In this document: positions 60,635 through 64,000 of the stretch, piece after piece | How the letters are laid out: every line of letters begins with the position of its first letter | How positions within the stretch are numbered: position 1 is the stretch's first letter | Origin: an uncultured Chloroflexia bacterium | Lineage (GTDB): Bacteria; Chloroflexota; Limnocylindria; Limnocylindrales; CSP1-4 | Reading direction: 5' to 3' | Assembly (NCBI GenBank): GCA_963833225.1 | Contig: CAWHXD010000014.1 | Location: 43,124 to 107,123, forward strand | Length of the DNA: 64,000 nucleotides | Notes under the pieces: model-generated | The model's input: only the letters and a program-made list of their open reading frames with translations | Databases searched by the model: none | What the model was told of the DNA's origin: nothing | Translations under genes and position numbers: made by a program

Positions 60635-62341
60635 CTACGGCGACAGCCGCGCAGCCGCGCCGCCGGTGGCGCCGGCCGCCCCGGTCGGGCACTCGATCCG
60701 GAAGACACGCAGGCCCGCGATGGCGTCGGCATCGTCGGGGTCGGCCGGGACGGGGAGGTGGAGCTCGGTGAAGCAGGCCGCGGCAGGGTCGTCTGACGAG
60801 GACAGGATGCCCGGCCAGACACCGTCGTCCAGCTTGCCCACGATCAACCAGCGGGCATCGAAGCGCGGGTCCCGCGCCAGGTCCAGCACGTCCGATGGGG
60901 ACTCCTCGGGCAGGGCGAGGGTTGGGATGCGCGCCGCCTCGGCCAGCCAGATCGGGAAGTCGTGGATCACCGGGTGGGAGCCGTCGAGCGGCGATCCCGC
61001 GGCGGCCATCTGCCGTGCCAGCACCTCGTAGGTGCGCTGCGTGGCCAGCGCGCCCCGGCCCGCCGCGGGCAGCAGGGCGACCGCGAACAGGAGCGACCCG
61101 CCCACGGCCAGCACGGCGCCCAGCCATGCGACCGGGCGCGTCCAGCCCAGCCGCGTTCCCAGCCGGGCGAGGCCCGCGTCCAGCACTCCCAGCGCCGAGA
61201 TGACCAGGAGGACGTGGACCGGTGCGGCGGCATGGAGGAAGGTGCCCCACGTGGTGGCGACCGGGAACAGCAGGCTCGTCACCAGGAACGTCGTGGCGGC
61301 CAGGAGCACCACCGGTCGCAGCACGCGGTCACGGGCCTGCCAGGGCAGCGCCAGCATGCCCACGGCGGAGATCGGCAGCCCCAGCAGCAGCAGCACGTTG
61401 AGGACGTTGTGGGCAACGCCGTCGACACGCATCTCCAGCAGCCGCGCCGGGCCAACGGCGAGGTACCGCGCCAGCGTGGGCGGATCGTTCCAGGCGAAGA
61501 TGTCGAACCCGGTCACCGACAGCGCGTTGGACACGGTCTGGCCGGGCAGCGGGCTGCCGAAGACGAGCCAGTCACGGATCGCCCACGGCGTGAACACCAC
61601 CAGCGCCCCGATGGCGACGACGCCGACAAGGCGGATGCGAGCGGCGAGCGGGAGCCCGGACCGCCTCATGGCGAGCCATGCCCAGGCGAGGGCCAGCCAG
61701 GCCGCCTCGTTGCGGGTCAGGGCGGCGGCGCCAAGCAGCAGGCCCATCGCGACCAGGCGCGGGTCCCGGAGCCGGCCCGCGCGCGGGTCGTGCAGGACCC
61801 GGGTCATCAGCAGGCACGCGGCAAGGGCGAGGACGCCAAACAGGATGGTGGAGTCGGGCTGGACCGAGTGCAGGACCAGCGGCAGGTAGACCGCCGTCGT
61901 GAGCCCCGTCCCGATCGCGAGCGTCCGCGCGCGGCCGGCGCCCAGGCCGCGCTCCCGGGCCACGTCGGCCGCCAGCCGCCAGGCGAGGACCGAGAGCAGC
62001 GCGCCCAGCGGCACCGTCATCCCCTGCGCGGCCCGCATCGCCGTCTCGAGCGGGATCGGCGCGGTCGCGCCGGAGAGGACCATCGGGATCGCGAACAGCA
62101 GCGAGGGCAGGGGCAGCCACACCTCGAATGCCGGCCGCGGGAAGACCAGCGGCGGCGTGGCGTAGCTCCACAGCGCGTCGCTCACGAGGCCGCGACCCTC
62201 CACCAGGTTGCGCGCGACCCCCACGTAGTACGCCGTGTCCTCCGGCCTGGGGAACGGGACGCTCGACGCCGCGATCACGCGGACGACGAGCGCGATGACG
62301 AAGATGCCCAGCGCCGTGAGCCAGGCCTCGCGCCGGGTCAC
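60635..62341 (-). CDS. GT-C fold glycosyltransferase (family 39-like)
   Basis: GTG ACC CGG start overlapping the upstream TGA; EDTAYYVGVARNL, WLPL, LTRNE, PWAIR, GTFLH. Confidence 0.8.
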   Translation of the reverse strand: MTRREAWLTALGIFVIALVVRVIAASSVPFPRPEDTAYYVGVARNLVEGRGLVSDALWSYATPPLVFPRPAFEVWLPLPSLLFAIPMVLSGATAPIPLETAMRAAQGMTVPLGALLSVLAWRLAADVARERGLGAGRARTLAIGTGLTTAVYLPLVLHSVQPDSTILFGVLALAACLLMTRVLHDPRAGRLRDPRLVAMGLLLGAAALTRNEAAWLALAWAWLAMRRSGLPLAARIRLVGVVAIGALVVFTPWAIRDWLVFGSPLPGQTVSNALSVTGFDIFAWNDPPTLARYLAVGPARLLEMRVDGVAHNVLNVLLLLGLPISAVGMLALPWQARDRVLRPVVLLAATTFLVTSLLFPVATTWGTFLHAAAPVHVLLVISALGVLDAGLARLGTRLGWTRPVAWLGAVLAVGGSLLFAVALLPAAGRGALATQRTYEVLARQMAAAGSPLDGSHPVIHDFPIWLAEAARIPTLALPEESPSDVLDLARDPRFDARWLIVGKLDDGVWPGILSSSDDPAAACFTELHLPVPADPDDADAIAGLRVFRIECPTGAAGATGGAAARLSP

Positions 62342-63969
62342 GATCCACCGCCCGCGCCGCAGCGGGCATCCGTGACCGTGGTGCACACGGGGTAGACCCC
62401 GAGGTCGCCGGTGGCGAGGATGGGGGACCCCACCCATCGCTGGCCGCGCCGTCCCGTCGAGGATGGGTGTCGTGGCCGCCACGCTGTCCGCCCGCTCGAT
62501 GACCAGCCACCGGATGTCGTACGCCACCGCGACCGCCTCGATGGTGTCGACGGGGTCGTTGACGAGGACCACCCCGCCGTGGCCGGTCCAGTAGCGCGTG
62601 CCGGAGGCGTCGATGGACATGACCCGGTCCGCGGGGCCGGCGTTGGCCGCCCGCAACGCCTCGTCCACGGCGAGGAACCGGTCTCGCTTCTCCGCCCAAC
62701 CCGCCTGCACGGTCAAGGCGCCGCCGACGGCTGCCACGACGCCCAGCCCGACGAGGCCCGAGACGAGGACCCGCGAGGCAGCGCCCGCGTCCCACTTCGT
62801 CCGCCGCCGGGCGATCCAGGCCACAACCACCACCACGCCCTCGAGCGCCAGCACGTAGGCATGTGGCGCCAGCGCGACCGCCGAGTGGATGAACGTGCCA
62901 CCCGGCACGTGGACCGCCGAGACCAGGGTGCTGAACGCGAGCAGCAGGGCCGCGTACCCGAAGAACGGCCCAAAGGCGGCATCTCGCCGGCGCCTCCACC
63001 CCCCGATGAGCATGAACGGCACCAGCACGAAGGCGCCGATCAGCACCGTGAAGATCAGCAGCGCGGCCCCCAGCCCCTCCAGGCGGGTCATCAGCAGCGG
63101 TCCCCAGCCCATGCCCAGCAGGTGGTCCAGGCTGGCCGGCGTGGAGATGCTGTTCCACTCGCCGATGTCACGGATGAACAGCACCTTGCCAGACGCGGTG
63201 GACGGGGAGATGGAGCCGAACGTCGCCAGCTGGCGCAGGTACCAGGGCGCCACCGCGACCGCGAATGCCGCCACGGCGCCCACGGCGGCGAGGAACGGGA
63301 TCCGCGCCGGGCGCCGCGAGCTCGCCGCCGAACCCGCGGATCGTTCGCCATCGGTCCCACAGGAAGGCCAGGCCCAGCGCGCCGAGGACCAGCAGGCCAT
63401 CGTTGCGGGAAAGCGTGGCGATCCCGGCCAGCAGGCCGGCAAGCACGAAGGCGCGGGGGCTGCCGCGCATGCCCCGACCGGCCAGGAACAGCGACCCCGC
63501 CACCAGTGGCTGGTAGAGCGAGAAGTTGTCCGGCTGGGCCATGTACACGAAGGACAGGGCCGGCAACGCGGTGAGCACGCCGGCGCCCACGCTCACGAAC
63601 GAGGGCGCGCCCGCGTCCCGTCCGATCGCCCACGCCAGCGGCGCGGCAAATGCCCCGCAGATCGCGAACGGCAGGGCGGACGCGAATGCCGTTGGTCCAA
63701 GCAGCCAGATGAACGGCACCTGGACCAGCGATGCCAGCGGCATCCAGTGGGCGTTGGACGGGATCGGCAGGACCGGGTTGGGCGGGGATCCCGCCCCCGA
63801 CCTCGGGGAAGATCCAGATGAAGTTCACGGACAGGCCGTGACCGGCCGCCAGCTGGCGCGCGACGTCCACGTAGTAGAAGGAATCCGGGTACGCCGGGTC
63901 CGGGAACCCGGCGGCGACCACGAGCCGCGCCACGAGCGCGAGCAGGAACAGGGTGACCGGTGTGCGCAC
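62338..63969 (-). CDS. GT-C fold glycosyltransferase paralog; about 3 frameshifts
   Basis: PDSFYYVDVARQL, WMPL, LSRND, PWYLR, GTFIH segments spread over frames (shifts near 63780, 63305, 62437); ends at a GTGA overlap. Confidence 0.75.
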
Positions 63970-64000
63970 TGCCGGTGCACGGTAGCACCGCCCACGGGTG

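Noticed and set aside
60635-63442. 935-aa giant glycosyltransferase
   Set aside because: Two paralogous genes joined by a frameshift; GTGA overlap at 62338-62341.

Overview
Very GC-rich bacterial chromosome segment. Gene content (secretin-less Tad locus, CpaE with receiver domain, DUF1385-prfA-prmC, PT-repeat proteins, Asp-type MurA) suggests a monoderm, plausibly Chloroflexota; this is an inference. Layout: (1) 1-17.4 kb, methylamine/betaine one-carbon cluster with three GcvT-family FAD dehydrogenases, two non-pyrrolysine MttB methyltransferases, a corrinoid protein, a pterin-binding methyltransferase, a RamA-like activator, TetR and IclR regulators; (2) 17.9-21.9 kb, cupredoxin-fused NirK with a divergent membrane protein, Rrf2 and a flavodoxin-like gene; (3) 22-47.5 kb, housekeeping: DUF1385-prfA-prmC-HAD-sua5, lepB, glyA, MraY/WecA, atp operon, murA, mreB, nfo, hpf; (4) 47.8-60.6 kb, comF, Tad genes, three Flp pilins and a DegS/DegU-like trio with one apparently ATPase-dead kinase; (5) 60.6-64 kb, two GT-C glycosyltransferases. 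About ten genes, including atpF and atpH, carry single-base frameshifts, most likely sequencing errors that create false fusion ORFs. The most striking unexplained structure: two divergent XRE-HTH + PD-(D/E)XK-like genes (9424-10188, 48885-49541), each enclosed by its own long (about 120-150 bp) palindrome-rich inverted repeats with tandem expansions at the outer edges and a shared upstream ATAA-N2-CCC-N2-ATAAG motif, plus several gene-less long hairpins (e.g. between atpD and atpC). This is a candidate REP/MITE-like element family lacking a HUH or DDE transposase.
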